Positions 49,659 to 63,382 of a DNA stretch of 64,000 nt are shown one piece after another. Each line of letters starts with the position of its first letter. The first letter of the stretch is position 1. Source of the DNA: Mobula birostris (lineage: Eukaryota); assembly GCF_030028105.1 (NCBI RefSeq), contig NC_092370.1:113908793-113972792 (forward strand), given 5' to 3'. Under the pieces are notes generated by a model that was not told the DNA's origin, ran no database searches, and saw nothing but the letters and a program-made list of their open reading frames with translations. The position numbers and the translations under genes are program-made.

Positions 49659-51830
49659 TCAATGACATGTGGAAGGAGAATTGTCAGGGAAAAGAGGTGA
49701 GGAGGCCATTAATGGAGAAGGGTCATTCTTCAAGCCTTCTCCCTGTAAGTGTTCCTTCTGCCCTCCATAGGATTCCCTGCATTCCTTCAGGATTCCCCAT
49801 ATCTCTTGCTGGACGCTCTGCAAAGGTCGGACTTTCAGTGGCATCAAGGGTGGGTTGTATTTTCCTGCAATGCCCCCATAGGGAGGGGATCATACGCTCG
49901 TAGGTACACACCCTTCCCCCGTGAATGGTTTGAGTTTGAAACATGCTGCATGAAGCATAGCCACAGTGAGTTTCCTTGAGTGTGTGTGTGTGTAAAGTCT
50001 TTCTTGTGTTTTTTAAAGCTGTATTAGAAGGATGTTTGAATTATTCCTATGCTTCAGTGTAAGAGTTAAGCGATTGACATATTTTGCCTCTTGTGAAGTG
50101 AATTCTCAGGAAATCTTGTCTTTAAGAGGGTTATGTCTTTAAGTGGCTGTGTGAATGTGTTAACTTGTTGGGGCCCACCCAGCTGTCCTTTCTTTTCATT
50201 TGGTCTTTGGAAAATGTGTTAACTTTTCACCATGGGAATTAACTGTTACTTGCAAAGGTTCTGAAGGAAGAAAAGTACGGAGACACCAGGATTCCACATT
50301 GGCCAGATGTGAAATCCAGGAGAAGGTGATGAAATCTGTGCATCTTTATTCTGGATATGAGATGCCTACATTTCAGAGGGAAATGGGTATAAGCCTCTTA
50401 CCATTGGCTCATAATAAGTGAGTTATCACAATGAATCCAACTTAACAACGATATAACTGTGCTGTTTAAAGTTCACCAGAAACCATAAATTGAACTCACA
50501 CACTAATATAAGCTTAAATTAAAATTATATGAACAAAATATTTGAAACTATAACAAATTATGATAAGGAAAAGGACCCATTACCCATACATTAAGTAACC
50601 TATAGTGTGCACATAATTGTTGGAGCTTATTGTTGCGTAATCAATCCAGTTTGCTTCACTTCATTTACTCATGGTACTGGACAATTCTGCCTGAAAGCAC
50701 AGTCCAAGTGAAACATAAGTAAATATCCAAGGACAAGGAGTATGGAACTTTCTCCAAGGTTGTGTGATAACAAGCTAATTACAAGTGACCTGTACATTCT
50801 CCATGAAACTATTATCTGCACAAAGATTCTTCTACAGCAATATCTGTCCTTTCAAATAAGTTCATGTTCTTCTGCTATGCTTGTTGTCCTTATCCATTTT
50901 CCATCTCCATTTACATTTTCCTTCTTTCTCCTTCTTCCCCCAAAAGTCCTGCTCTCTCTGCAGAAAAATTTGGCAACCCCACCCCCAATCCCTCTGGAAT
51001 GTTCCAGTGCACCTTATTGGACAAAACGTTAACAAGAAAATCCTATTGGCTATTACGGCAAGCCTAACTTAATCAACTGAATTATTATTTTACAGCAGAA
51101 AAAAAAACAATGACTCAATTATACAATGTAATTAAAGGAGCACATTGGATTTCGAGAAAATCTGCAGAAAATAAAATACCCAACTGCAAAACTGTATTAA
51201 TACAGTAAAGCATGGTCTAAATCAGGGGAATTTGGGCACTTGGGGAAAGTGCTCATTGGTGGACAATTAAATTGGAAATTTGGAATTCATATTTTGGAAG
51301 ATTTGGGGAGCAATCCTAAAAGTTGTTTTTGCTAACAAAGACTGCTTTGCATCTAAATACCCAATGACTATTAAGAGTGAGTGAGTTTGCATCCCCTACA
51401 TGACAAAATGGCAAACGGGTGGATGCTGACGGCAGTGGTGATGATGCTGACTTGTAGAGGGAGGCCCTATACTACATTCCAGTGGATGGTGTAGGAATAT
51501 GCAAATAGGACCAACCTGTAGGATTGCTAAATTTGTATGAGGACTCTTAACTAGGCTATAGAAGTGACACCATTAATTCTGATCCCTTTCAATGGTAAGG
51601 GAAAAAGACTCTTGTGGAAAATTGTCCAGCTTCTTGGGTTTGAAATTCTATTTGGGGCAGCTGAGAGAGAGTAGTCCATTCCAGACAACCTCACCGCACA
51701 GTATGGTAGTGGCCTTAGCGAACTTGAACCCTAGTAACCCCCAGTGGAAATAGTGCTTTAAGGGCTGATATTTTCCTATGTACAATTTGTCTAACGTCCC
51801 AACTCTGAAAGTGATACCTAGCTGATAGGG

Positions 51831-53067
51831 TGTCATGGTCTGGTCCGTAATGTCCATGTTCCGGAACATAGTCCAGTCCATGGTTCCTTGTTCTGGGGTT
51901 TCTGGTTTTCCCCAGTTTCTGTTGTGGGCACCTGTTTCTCGTTTTGGGGCTGGAACATAAATACCTCTGCAAACCAGGGATTCCCTGCTGGACTGTCCTG
52001 TTCCCCTCCTTGTCTTTCCCCCCTCGACTGACTCTCTGCCTGGATACCCCGCCTGTATAGCTGAAGTCTTACTGCAGGAGCAAGACCGGAGCCTGGTTAG
52101 GTCCAGATAAGGAACTGTCTTTCGTTGTGTGGAATTGTCTCTCTGTGTCCAGGCCTTCACTAGGTACGTCCGACCGTTTGCTGCAACCTTGTGTTGGGAT
52201 CTGTCTCATCATGTTCGGTGTTCTGTGTATGAGTCCCAGCCCTACGTCCTGTTCCCAAGGAGGGGTCCCGGCTCTGTGTTCCGTGCTCCTGTCTCTTCTA
52301 CTCCATGGCTCCATGCTCCTGAAGGCCCTCATCCAGTCCGTGCCTAGTCCAGTCCTATCCGAGTCCTGTCCATGTGCCTTTACCTGTCCTTGTGTCTCGC
52401 CCTACCGAGGAGTTCCTCACCCAAGACATGTCCAGTCCTGTAGCCTCATCTTGTCCTTGCCTAGTTCTGGAGTCCGAGACTGAGTCAAGTCCCAGGTTCT
52501 GGGTCCTTGCCCAGTCTCTGGTTCAGAGTCCATTCCCAAGCCTCCACATTTCAAGGCCAGGAACCCAGCCTGCAGGCCTCAAGACAAAGACGCAAGCCTG
52601 CAGGCCTCAAGACCCAAGGCGCCAGCCTACAGGCCTCAGGACCCAAAACGCCAGCCTGCAGGCCTCAGGACCCAAGACGCTGGCCTGCAGGCCTCAGGAC
52701 CCAAGACGCCAGCCTGCAGGCCTCAGGACCCAAGACACCAGCCTGCAGGCCTCAGGACCAAGACCCCAGCCTCAAGCCTCAAACCTCAAGACCCCAACCT
52801 GTCTCCAAGCTTCTAGCCTCACGATCCCAGCCTCCAGTCCTGCAGTCATGTCATGTCCATGCCTGGTTCTGGGGCCCGAGCCCGAGGCAAGACCCAGATT
52901 CTGAGTCCTTGTCCAGTCTCTGGCTCGGGGTCCAAGCCCTAGTCTGCATTCTTGTTCCTGCTCCTTATCTGTATCCTGTCACATCCCTACTCTAGTCAAG
53001 CCCTGTTCCTTGTACTTCAGTGTCTGTTTCTCGCATTTGGGTCGGTTCCCAGCACCCCATTGTGACA
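51831..53067. mobile_element. 1237-bp solo LTR nested in env; TSD TAGGG
   Basis: TGTCA...TGACA termini; TAGGG at 51826-51830 and 53068-53072. Confidence 0.88.
52562..52775. repeat. 29-bp minisatellite (gccagcctgcaggcctcaggacccaagac), about 7 copies
   Basis: Direct reading. Confidence 0.92.
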
Positions 53068-55500
53068 TAGGGAAGGGAAAGGAATGTTGGTGTAGGTAGT
53101 GTGATAGGCACAAGTTCAACCACGGATAATGGCGAGTGTGAGCAGGAACAGTATCCTGGGATGACTGTGCCTACAGCGAATGTTGCTATGAAGATGGACA
53201 CTCCCTGGATACTGAATGTCACTTACTGGATATGCGGCTCCCTTCCGGGTGTTCTGGCTGCTACTGTCTGGGGTACTTGAGGTACATACACCACCTCAGT
53301 GCCCTTGATGAACACCCAGTCCACGTTGATCAGAGGAGTAGGAGAGATGTCAAGGAGGCAGAAAGATTTTGGATGATAGCCTTTCCCAGTATGATATATT
53401 CAGACTGTCTCAGAAACTGATATGGATGGACTTTGATTACCTGTTTGCACAAAAAATTGGCACTTGGGCCCTTACTGGTCAGAAATGCTGCACCTACACT
53501 CCTGATGAGCTGGGGAACATTGCTCACCGACTTCTCCGACAGCCGGTGCATACGGTTAAGTGGGAGTCAGTCCTATTAAACTCTGGAGGGAAGCTGGAGA
53601 CGACTGTAGTACACTGGCGATGACTATTGGGTATCGTACAAGCTGTACTTTGGTATTTTATATGTAGTTTAGTGGGGCATTTGCGGGATTCATACTAGTC
53701 TGAGGGCAGGATGGTGTCGCATCTGTCGAAGGGTGGATATAATGTGAAGAATGAATTTACTTGCTGGTCAAAAGCCACTTCTGCTGTGGCATCGTTGATT
53801 GGCCTATTTGAGGGATGCAGCAGCTTTTTCCCATTGGTTGCCTTGTGTGCCAAGGAACCAGTTTCCAGTTCCAGAGCCATCATTAGGACTGAAGAACCAC
53901 GGAAAAGTATGCTGTAGATATAGGAGGGCCCATTCACACACTTAGCAACACACCTTTGTTGAATGTTTAGCTCTGTAGCGGTGTAACTTGGGGAGACTTA
54001 ATGAAGTACCTGTTGAGTTTGAGAGATTACTGAATGTTCAGTGTCATCGTTTTTGTAACTTAGGGTGGCCTACATAAGTTCTTGTCTGAATTAGATGTTT
54101 GGTTAAGTGTTTTACTGTTTGTCTGTAAATAAATGGTTGATATGCTTACTCGTAATCAGTGTTTCCTGTTCCACTCACCGGATTCTCAAATGTTTCCATG
54201 TTACACCTCCATCAACTGATGAAGAGAGATGATGTGCAATATCTTATTTATAATTGTCATTCTTGAACTCAAATCTCTCTATGGGCACAGTTTTCTTGGC
54301 AGTCTCTAAGAATAACTAGTTTCATCATTTCTTGCTCATGCTCAACTCTGAAATTAATCACTGAAAAATTAGAGGCCATCCCTTGAAATAGTAAATTCCT
54401 GAATTTCTGAAATCTGGAATGTTGCCCCTGAGCCTTCCTGCCTTGTCACCTATCTTTCCTGCCTTAGGACGCTAATTTAGACCCTTCTCTTTAATCAAGC
54501 TTTTGGATGGTTCCGTTCATTCTCCTTGTATGCCCTGGCATCAGTTTCTTTTCACTTGATAATGCTTCTGTGTCCATTTTGCTTTTCTGAGAGCGCCTCA
54601 TTAAGTAGAAGTTGTTATGGAGAGAGTAAACATTTCAAATAATGAGAGATACTATATTACTTTATTGAGTAAAATAGAGTTACATATTCTTTGATTCATC
54701 CAAGGGATTTGGATTTTACAGCTGAGCCAACATAACACAAAATTCACAGTCTGTTTCCAGTCTATGGAGGATAATTTTCTGCATGCATTCACTCATGCTG
54801 TGAAGAAAGATTAAATGAGTTACAGTAGAAATCTATTACTCCATGAAGAAATGAAATGCAGGATACAGTGACTTAAATGATGGTCCAATGTCAGTCTCAA
54901 GGAAGTGAAATCAAAATCCTGGCAGCCTCAGATCAGCCAAAAAAAAACCCCATAAAAGCAAGAAGGAAATTATAGAACCCTTCAGCCCATGATGTGCTGA
55001 ACTTCTGACTGACTCTAAGATGAATTTAACCGTCTCTTCCCAGAGGCCTTAATGAACCTGTCTCTACCACTACTGTGCCACACACTTAACACTGTGGAAA
55101 AAAATTACATCTGATACCCTTGCCCTAAAATTTCCTCCAATCTCCTTAAACTTATGTTCCTTCATGTTAGCCATTTTCACCCTGGAAATGTTTCTGAATA
55201 GCCACTGCATATATGACACTTATTATAAATTATGAACCAAGACATTTCCACAACTACAGCTAACCTGCATTCTGATTATCATATTTTAGCTTTAGTGATA
55301 TGTAGCAATCTGTAGATCATTTCAGTTCAAACAACACTGGCAACAACTGTCGAACTGCATTTCCAGGTGTCTACCCAGTATCATCTACACTCTGTATGTT
55401 CGCCTTTTCATACAGCAGGAAATGCTATCTACAGTGTAACTACAGTGCGGTTGGTGTCTTTGAAAGTCTTCATCTTTTGTCATGTTGCAAAGATAGGATA

Positions 55501-56042
55501 TACGCTCAGTGGCCACTTTATTAAGTACAAATGGAATCAAGTGTGGTCTTCTGCTGCTATAGCTCATCCATTTCAAGGTTTGAGGTGTCATCCATGCAGG
55601 GATGCTCTACTGCACACCACTGTTGTAACAGATGGTTATTTGAGTTACTGTCGCCTTTCTGTCAGCTTGAACCAGTCTGGCTATTTTCCTCTGACCTCTC
55701 ATTAACAAGGCGTTTTGGCCCACAGAACTGCCACTCACTGGATTTTTTTGTTTATTTTTCACACCACCCTCTGTAAACTGTTAAGACTGTTGTGAATTAA
55801 AATCCCAGGAGATCAGCAGTTTCTGAGATACTCAAAACCACTCCATGTGGCACCAAAACTTATTCCACAGTTTAAGTCGTATATATCACATTTTTCCCCA
55901 TTCTGATGTTGGGTCTCAGCAACAACTGAACTTCTTGCCCACGTCTGCATGTATTGAGTTACTGCCACATGATTGGCTGATTAGTTATTTGTATTAATGA
56001 GCAGGTGTGCAGGTGTACCTAATAAAGTGGCCACTGAGTGTA
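55501..56042. mobile_element. Non-autonomous Tc1/mariner element
   Basis: TIRs ctcagtggccactttatta.gtaca / tgtacctaataaagtggccactgag with TA ends. Confidence 0.85.
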
Positions 56043-58259
56043 TGGCATGATCCATCTTTGTTTTCTTATAACACTATGAATTTGCTCGCGATGCTATGGT
56101 GTTTTTTTCCGTATTGTTTGTTGATAGTATGTTCTTTACAGGATAAACTCTGTAATTTGAATTATTCTCATAGTATAAATAAATTACATCATTATTTAAA
56201 ATATTGTTTTACTCTCATGTTAGATTAATATCAAGATTTGAAGATTATCAGTCCAGGATTCTTTTTTTAGAATACGCTTTCCAGTGTTTTGAAAAGTTCA
56301 CATCAAGTACACAATGTTCCATTCTCACAGTATGATTCCTTAATGGGAGCTAATTATACTAAAGCCAGTGTATTCTGCATAAAATAATAATTAGATAAAT
56401 TTTCAGAATGAGATGACAGTTAACATGAAAGCATAGTTTGAATTGAACAATGGAACAGTGAAATGTCTCTGAAGAAAATAAGCTTTATTTGTCCAATTAC
56501 CTTGACATCTGTGACGATTCGCCTGGAGCAACTGTTGAAACAGCTGTTTAGAATTCTTATGTGTTCCATTTGTGTGATCGGTGGTGGAATTACAATACCA
56601 AATGATGGCCATGCAAGGATGGTGATACTTGTTTACTTAAAATATTTTGAGATTTTTTGTGTTTTAAAATTTAATGCCCCTCTAGATACAAATATGTAGC
56701 AAACTTTTTTTTTCAGATTTGCCTTCATTCCTTCCTTGGAACACTGCCATGAAAACAATACATCTTGAGCCTCTTTAACAATTGTTCTGGTTCTGATAGA
56801 ATGCAAGCAATAAGCATTACCTTGAAAGAATAGGAAAATAGTTTTATAAGTAATAAACAGGAAAAAGTAAAGGTGCACTTCATTTAAAGAAATACCACAT
56901 ACAGAAATTCAAATTGCATTTTATGCCTCCCCATGTCATGCCTATGAAAGCGCTGCAGGTTTCTACCATGTTCCTTACTGGATGCTTCCCAGCACATCCC
57001 AGGCCAATTTGATCCACTTTCCTGCAACATGTGAGTGACTTCACACCACTGATATTCAAGGAGGTGTCACTCACCTTGCAGGATAATACTTACAGGGGAC
57101 GTGCTAGATACCTCCATCGCAATACTTGGGTTGGTCAAACTCCAAAGTCATTTAGCAGAAGAGTGATGTAAATGTGAACGCCCTCCTATTGACTCCAGAT
57201 TCACAAAGTATCTTCCTCTAAGATCAAGGAAATATCCTTCTGATTAAAACCTACCATCTTCCTCTATAAGCTGATGAAGATTATCAATTTATCTGGTGAA
57301 GCACTATTCCTCCATGTTGCACAGCGCAGAATGAAATGTTGAGAGTAGCAAGAGGACAGAAAGTACTCTGAGTGAGGACATTGAATATTGGCATCGTCTG
57401 AATTAGTAGCACTATCACTGTTGAAGCTAGATATATCTGCCAGACTCTGCAGCAGGCAGTGAAAGAACTAACATTATGGATGAGCCTACTGTACCTAGCT
57501 ATCATCAAATGGACATTTACAAGGCCTGTGGATTATCATCAGCAGTATTCCAACAGAATTTGTAACTTCAACATCCATGGAGTCTCTCACTCTACCATTA
57601 CTAACAATTCAGGGGATCATCACTGATTTGATAACAAAGACATTATGGGAACAGTAATGGATACTCTATTAATGACTTCCCAGGCAGTGAACAGTAGCAA
57701 CTGGAAAGCCATTATTATGTATTTAGAAGCAGGGCCAAAGGTGATTGGTGAGCCCTGGGATCAATACCCAGAGGTTAGTCAAGTACAGAGTGCAAAGCCT
57801 AGAGCTCCAGTGAATCCGGAGGTAGAAAGCCCAGAAAGCTCTTTTCTGGGAGTCTATGGTTTGATGTCTAATGTCCTCAGAGCAGAATGCGCTCCGCGAA
57901 TTCATGTTTGGAGGACTCTTCGGTTCATGCTCTATGTGTTTCTGGTTACCCTTTTTTGCTATTTGTGTGACTTGATTGAGGCGCTACGGTGATGAATTGG
58001 TTCTGCGTCTGAGACTTGCAGTCATTGACATAATACTAAATTGAACTGACTTAGACTGACTGTCTCTCCTGGACTATTTCTTGGGGATTAATGTTCTCTG
58101 TATTATTTGCTCACTTTTTGCTATTTGCATGATTTGCATTTTTTTCATGTATTGGGTGTTTTCTTTTAAGGGGTTCCATGGTGTTTCTTTACAGGATTAT
58201 TTACTGTATACATACTTTGATAATAAATGTGCATTGAATTTTGAACAGGTTGAAGACAA

Positions 58260-60050
58260 AAGTCGGGGATTAACTATATTAAATACTTAGATTAAAATAG
58301 TGCAAAACAGAAAAAAATGTATATAAAAATAAAGTAGTGTTCATGGGTTCAATGCCCATTTAGGAATTGGATGGCAGAGGGGAGAAAGCTGTTCCTGAAT
58401 CACTGAGTGTGCACCTCTCCTTGAAGATGTCTTGGTTACTACGGAGGCCAGTACCCAAGATGGAACTGACTAAATTTACAATTTTCTGTAGCTTATTTTG
58501 GTCCTGTGCAGTAGCACCCCATTACCAGACAGTGATGCAGCCTGTCAGAATGCTGTCCATAGTACATCTATAGAAATTATCGGATGTTTTAGGTGACAAA
58601 CCAAATCTCTTCAAACTCCGAATGAACTCTAGCTGCTGTCTTGCCTTCTTTATAGCTGCATCAATATGTTGGGTCCAGGTTAGATTCACAGAGATCTTGA
58701 CACCCAGGAACTTAAAAATGCTCACACTCTCCTCTTCTGATCTCGCTGAGGATTGGTTCGTGTTCCCACGTCTTACCCTTCCTGAAGTCCACAATTAACT
58801 CTTTCATCTTACTGACGTTGAGTGCAAGGTTGTTGCTGCGACACCAGTCAACCAGTTGGAATATCAGCAACTCTATGGATGACATTTGAGCTATACATAG
58901 CCACATAGTCATGACTATAGCGGGAGTAGGGCAATGGCCTAATCACACACTCCTAAGGTGCGCCAGTGTTGATCGTCAGTGAGGAGGAGATATTATCAGC
59001 AGTCCGCATAGACTGTGGTCTTCCAGTTAGGAAGTTGAGGATCCAATTGCAAAGGGAGGTACAGAGGCCCAGATTCTGTAGCTTATCAATTGGGTCTGTG
59101 GGAATGATGATGTTAAACGCTACAGACAATGAGCAGCATCCTGACATACGTGTTCGTATTGTCCAGGCTATCGGAGGCTGTCTGGAGAGCCAATGGGATT
59201 GTGTCAGCCGTAGTGTGGCGATTCTGGCTCCAGGACCTTGCTGAGATAGAGTTCATTCTAGCCATGACCAACCGTCAGAGCCTTTCATCACCATAGATGT
59301 GAGTACTCGTGGGGATAGATATTAAGGCAGCTCATACTACTTTTCTTAGGCAGTGGTATAATTGTTGCCTTTTTGAAGCAGGTGAGAACTTCTGACCGTA
59401 TCAGTGAGAGACTGAAAATATCCTTGAATATTCGTGCGCACAAGTTTTCAGAGCCTTACCAGGTACTCCATCAGGGCCTGCCGCCTTACGAGGGTTCGCC
59501 CTCCCGAAAGCCAGCCTAACATCGGCCGCCGAGTCAGAGATCATAGGGTCACCGGAAGCAGCAGGGATCTTCACAGCTGTAATTATATTCCCCCTTTCAA
59601 AGCGGACATAAAAGGCGTTGAGCTCATTTGGTAATGAAGCATCGCTGCCATTCCTACAATTGGGTTTCGCTTTGTAGGAAGTAACGAATACAAAACCCTG
59701 CCAGAGTTGACCTGCATCCGATGTCGCCTCCAACCTCGCTTGGAAGTATTTCTTCGCTCTTGAAATAGCCTTCCGCAAGTCACGCCTGGTTTTCTAGTAC
59801 AGACCTAGGTCACCAGATTTAAATACCACAGATCTAACCCTCGCCGACGACGAACCTCCTGGTTCATCCACAGCTTCTGATTTGGGAAGGTACAGCAAGT
59901 TTTCATAGACACACAGGTTTTAATGAAGTGGGTAACAACTACCGCATAATCATCCGGATTCGAAGATGAATCCCTGAATAAGGTCCGGGCCACCGATTCA
60001 AAGCAGTCCTGTAATCGCTCCTGTGCTCCCATTGTCCGTACCATCTTGGT
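58260..60050 (-). mobile_element. Decayed Rex1/Babar LINE
   Basis: FKFLGVKIS..FYRCTMDSILTGCITVW; [15 protein letters not shown]; NPRKAAGPDGVPG. Confidence 0.85.
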
Positions 60051-60699
60051 CCTCAGTACTGGTGGAAATAGAGGCCTGAAAGTCTAATCTCTGAGTACGA
60101 GCCGGAAATTGGAGGTTAGTGGTCCGTTGTCTGCGAGTTTGAGAGTCCGAGGACATGGTCTGGAGGCGCTAAGGCGGTCTGCCCTGGGATTGGAGGCCTG
60201 TCTCTATGCGTAAGGGTTTGGATGGATGGGTGGGAAGGTGGGGAAGGGTTTGTTTTTATGCTGCACGAATCACTAGGGCTTCACCTATCATCTTATAACT
60301 ATCCTCCTTCCACTCCCCCACCTTTTTGTTCTGTCGCCCTTCCCCTTCCTTTTTTCGTGCCGAGGAAGAGCCTCAGCTTGAAACGTCGACTGTTTATTTA
60401 TTTCCAGGCTGCTACCTGATCTGCTGAGTTCCTGCAGCATTTTCTATGTGTTGCTTTAGATTTCCACCATCTGCAAACTTTCTCGTCTGTTTGCTTTGAT
60501 ATTGTTGTCTTCTTTTTTTCTGTTGTTGTTGCTGCTACTTGTTTCATTCTATATACTACGTTGTTATTCTGTTGGGCATGCTGTCTTGGCACCTGAACGC
60601 ACGGCGACACTAACGGGCTGCTTCCAGCACAACCTTGGGTATGTTCATCGCTGACACAAACAGTCACTGAATTTTTGGGAATGGCTGTGTGTGTGAGCA

Positions 60700-62360
60700 G
60701 GAAGTGGCGTGTTGAGGCTAAGCGCTGAGGCTTTGTCCCTGACGCTCTGGTGAGGAGGCAGAGAGGAGGTACAGATAATGTCTTTTTATCCTCATCCTGG
60801 ATGTAGACTTAGTGTAGTCTGCATGGTAGTTAGGGGAGTAGTATTCCTGTCCTGCATAATGTCGGTGATTAAGGAAATTCGCAGTGCCCGTGATGACTAC
60901 TGCAGCGGGAGGCACCCCCAGATGCAGCTTGACTGACAGCGTCAAGGAGCCGGAGCTGGAGCTGGATGCTGTAAAGATTATCTGGGGTTCTGAGATCATC
61001 AGAGATAAGAGCTATGTTGATGCGGTCACACCGAAGATGCAGGCCACAGTCAGTTGGGTGACCACCACCAGATGTAAAAGTAAAAGACAGAAAATGCAGG
61101 ATTCTCCCCTGGCGATTCCCCTCAGCAACGGTTATATTACTTTGTATATTGTTGTGGGTGTGGGGGAATGGTCTTTCAAAGGATAGCAGCAAAATTTGGG
61201 TCAGTAGCTGCATGCAGGACCCGAGGCTCAGTAGAAATGGATGACGCTGGACTTCAGCTGGAGACCCTCAGTACTCTCTAGGACCCTGCCAGTCATTATG
61301 AACCATGTTCAGGCACATGTGTCATCGATAAACACAAGCCATTTTGCAGATGCTGGAAACCCAGGCCAACACACACAAAATGGTGGAGGAACTCAGCAAT
61401 TCAGGCAGTATCTATTGAGGGGAATAAACTGCAAACGTTTTGGGGGTGGGGGGAATGAGACCCTTCATTTGGGACTATATGGAGGCAGAAACTACAATAA
61501 GAAGGGGGGAGGGTAAGGAGTAGAAGTTGATAGGTGATTCAGACACAATAACTATTGTCGAGAGACATTTCTATATATACTTAAATAGATGAAGTCCAGA
61601 CAGGCAAGGACAAGGCAGGAAAGTAAGGACTAGTTGCTCGAAGGTTTTCTGAGGGTCGAGATTTCGGAGCATTTGGAAAGGCAGGACTGATTGGGAATAG
61701 TCAGGATAGTCAGTACATGGGAATGCCACGTGTCTACAGCTTGATTGGCATTGTGGAAGAAGTGACTAAGTGTATTAATGAGGGTAGGGTTGTCACCAGG
61801 TTCGGACATGGCCCAAGTGCGGAGCACGAGGCACTGAAGCAGGATCGATAGATCACAGACTTTAATGCGAATGGTGTTGAAGGGAAACAAAGCAATAAAC
61901 GCTAGGCCAAACAGGGCCGTTAACTAATGCTCTCAAAAGGAAAACGAAGCCTACACTGCGGCTGAAAAGAACAACTGAGAATTAAACGAATACCGGTAGT
62001 CTTCAGATTCAGTCGACTCAACAGTCCATTTTCTCAGTCAAGGCGTAATGCAGAAAGCAAAGTATTGCTGTGTCCTGCGTTCAAGTCTCGTCAAAAACTA
62101 CGACGGAACGAATGGTGTTAAATCCTATATTCACGAGCGCAATTGCCGAATCTGCTGTGCGCCGAATCCATGATTGTGACAAGGGTTTTGTCTACATGGA
62201 CTTTAGCAAGGCCTTGTAGAATAATCCGCACGGTACACGGAATCCAGGGTGAGCGAGCCATAAGGATACCAAATTGCCTTGTAGTAGGACCTAGTGAATG
62301 CCAATGGAAGGGTGTCTTGCAGACTACACAGAGGGATGTTTTGCAGATTGGAGGCTCGTG
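60700..62360 (+). mobile_element. CR1 ORF1 and RT fragments interrupted by PLE and LTR insertions
   Basis: ELELDAVKII..VTPKMQ..IPLSNGY; VYMDFSKA. Confidence 0.7.
61791..62181. mobile_element. 391-bp CpG-rich solo LTR; TSD AGGGT
   Basis: TGTCA...TGACA; AGGGT at 61786-61790 and 62182-62186. It splits a CR1 RT motif. Confidence 0.85.
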
Positions 62361-62366
62361 TACTTA

Positions 62367-62432
62367 GTATACAGTCGTGTGCAAAAGTTTCAGGCATGTA
62401 TAGGGTGCTTTAGACTTTTGCACACCACTGTA
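62367..62432. mobile_element. Hairpin Tc1-like MITE (second copy ~62840-62905)
   Basis: tacagtcgtgtgcaaaagt...acttttgcacaccactgta. Confidence 0.7.
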
Positions 62433-63343
62433 TTTGTCAACGAGGAGCGGAGAGTGAGTTTGTAAATCTGGCAGAAGCAACGGATGCTGGGAAAGGCGAG
62501 GATGGAGCGCCGCGGAAGGGGCTTGGGGCAGGAGGCAGAGAAAGAATGCCAGGGGCGGAGGGAGGCGCTGGTGCAGACACACCCAGTCCTGAGACATCAG
62601 GCAAATTCATTTGATTCCAAACAATCGGTTTATTGATCATTGCAACACGTCTCTCTGGTGCTCCCTGCTCCCTCCCTTTCTCCCTTCTCCTTTTCTCAAC
62701 CACAATTCCCCTCTGCCTACCCACTTCCCACTCTCAGTCCAGAGACCCATATCAGAATCAAGTTTACCATCACTCACATATGGCATGAAATTGCTTTTTT
62801 TTTTACGGCAGCAGTACAGAGCAGTACATAAAATTACACTACTGTGCTAAAGACTTAGGCACCCTAGCTATATACATAAGTTCCTAAGACTTTGCACAGT
62901 ACTCTATCTCGGATCCATAGATGCTGCCCAACCCGTGAGTTCCTCCAGCGTGTTGTGTGTGTTGCTCTATCTCGGGGTTTTGTGTTACTATGTCATATTT
63001 CTCTACAGAAAAAAATAAAATTACCTGTACCTGTAATAGCAGATTTAGCCTTGTTCATTCCATGGAACACCGCCCTTTACGTCTCTTCCACAATGGTTTG
63101 GTTATGAGAATGTGCAGCAAGTAAGGTTTTTAGGCTCCTGGCTCGTATTCATTCATGAAATTTGGATCCATGTTAATCGAAGCAGTTTTCTTCAACAAAG
63201 CTATAAAGTAATATGCAAATTGCACCGTGGTTAAAAACAACAGATAGCATTCGTTAAAGTTAGATAGTCGCGGAGATCATGAGGCACAACAGTTGCTATT
63301 TGGTCTGGAATCAGTGAACACCTTATGCACAAGGTACCCGTTG

Positions 63344-63382
63344 GGTTTATGTACTGGCTTCCCTTCGCATTTGGTCTGTTTG
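63344..63382 (-). promoter_or_regulatory. Defective RSS of V4: CAAACAG + 23 bp + ACATAAACC
   Basis: Nonamer 63344-63352 is identical to V3's and the spacer resembles V3's. No CAC heptamer in the 23 register (CAAACAG) or the 21 register (AACAGAC). Confidence 0.8.

Larger units (their letters stand above)
48720..54203 (+). mobile_element. Endogenous retrovirus relic: gag remnant, env SU/TM remnants, probable 3' LTR ~53742-54203
   Basis: Gag-like KEMFLAFQKAKVPREQVNRVPTPTLY..MWKE. Env YWICG..LPSGCSGCYCLGYL, furin site RSRR (53334-53345), ISD-like MDFDYLFAQKIGTWALTGQKCCTYTPD, hydrophobic TM ~53620-53680. Confidence 0.75.

Noticed and set aside
52562-52775. Repeat array as CRISPR-like
   Set aside because: Head-to-tail units with no unique spacers, in eukaryotic context.
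52374-52995. 176-aa and 162-aa repetitive ORFs
   Set aside because: Produced by the 29-bp minisatellite inside a solo LTR.
56330-56880. Strong minus-strand acceptor (~56821) followed by text with IIWY and YYF, as a possible decayed fifth V
   Set aside because: No consistent Cys/Trp spacing in one frame, several stops, no RSS or leader. A profile-HMM search would settle it.
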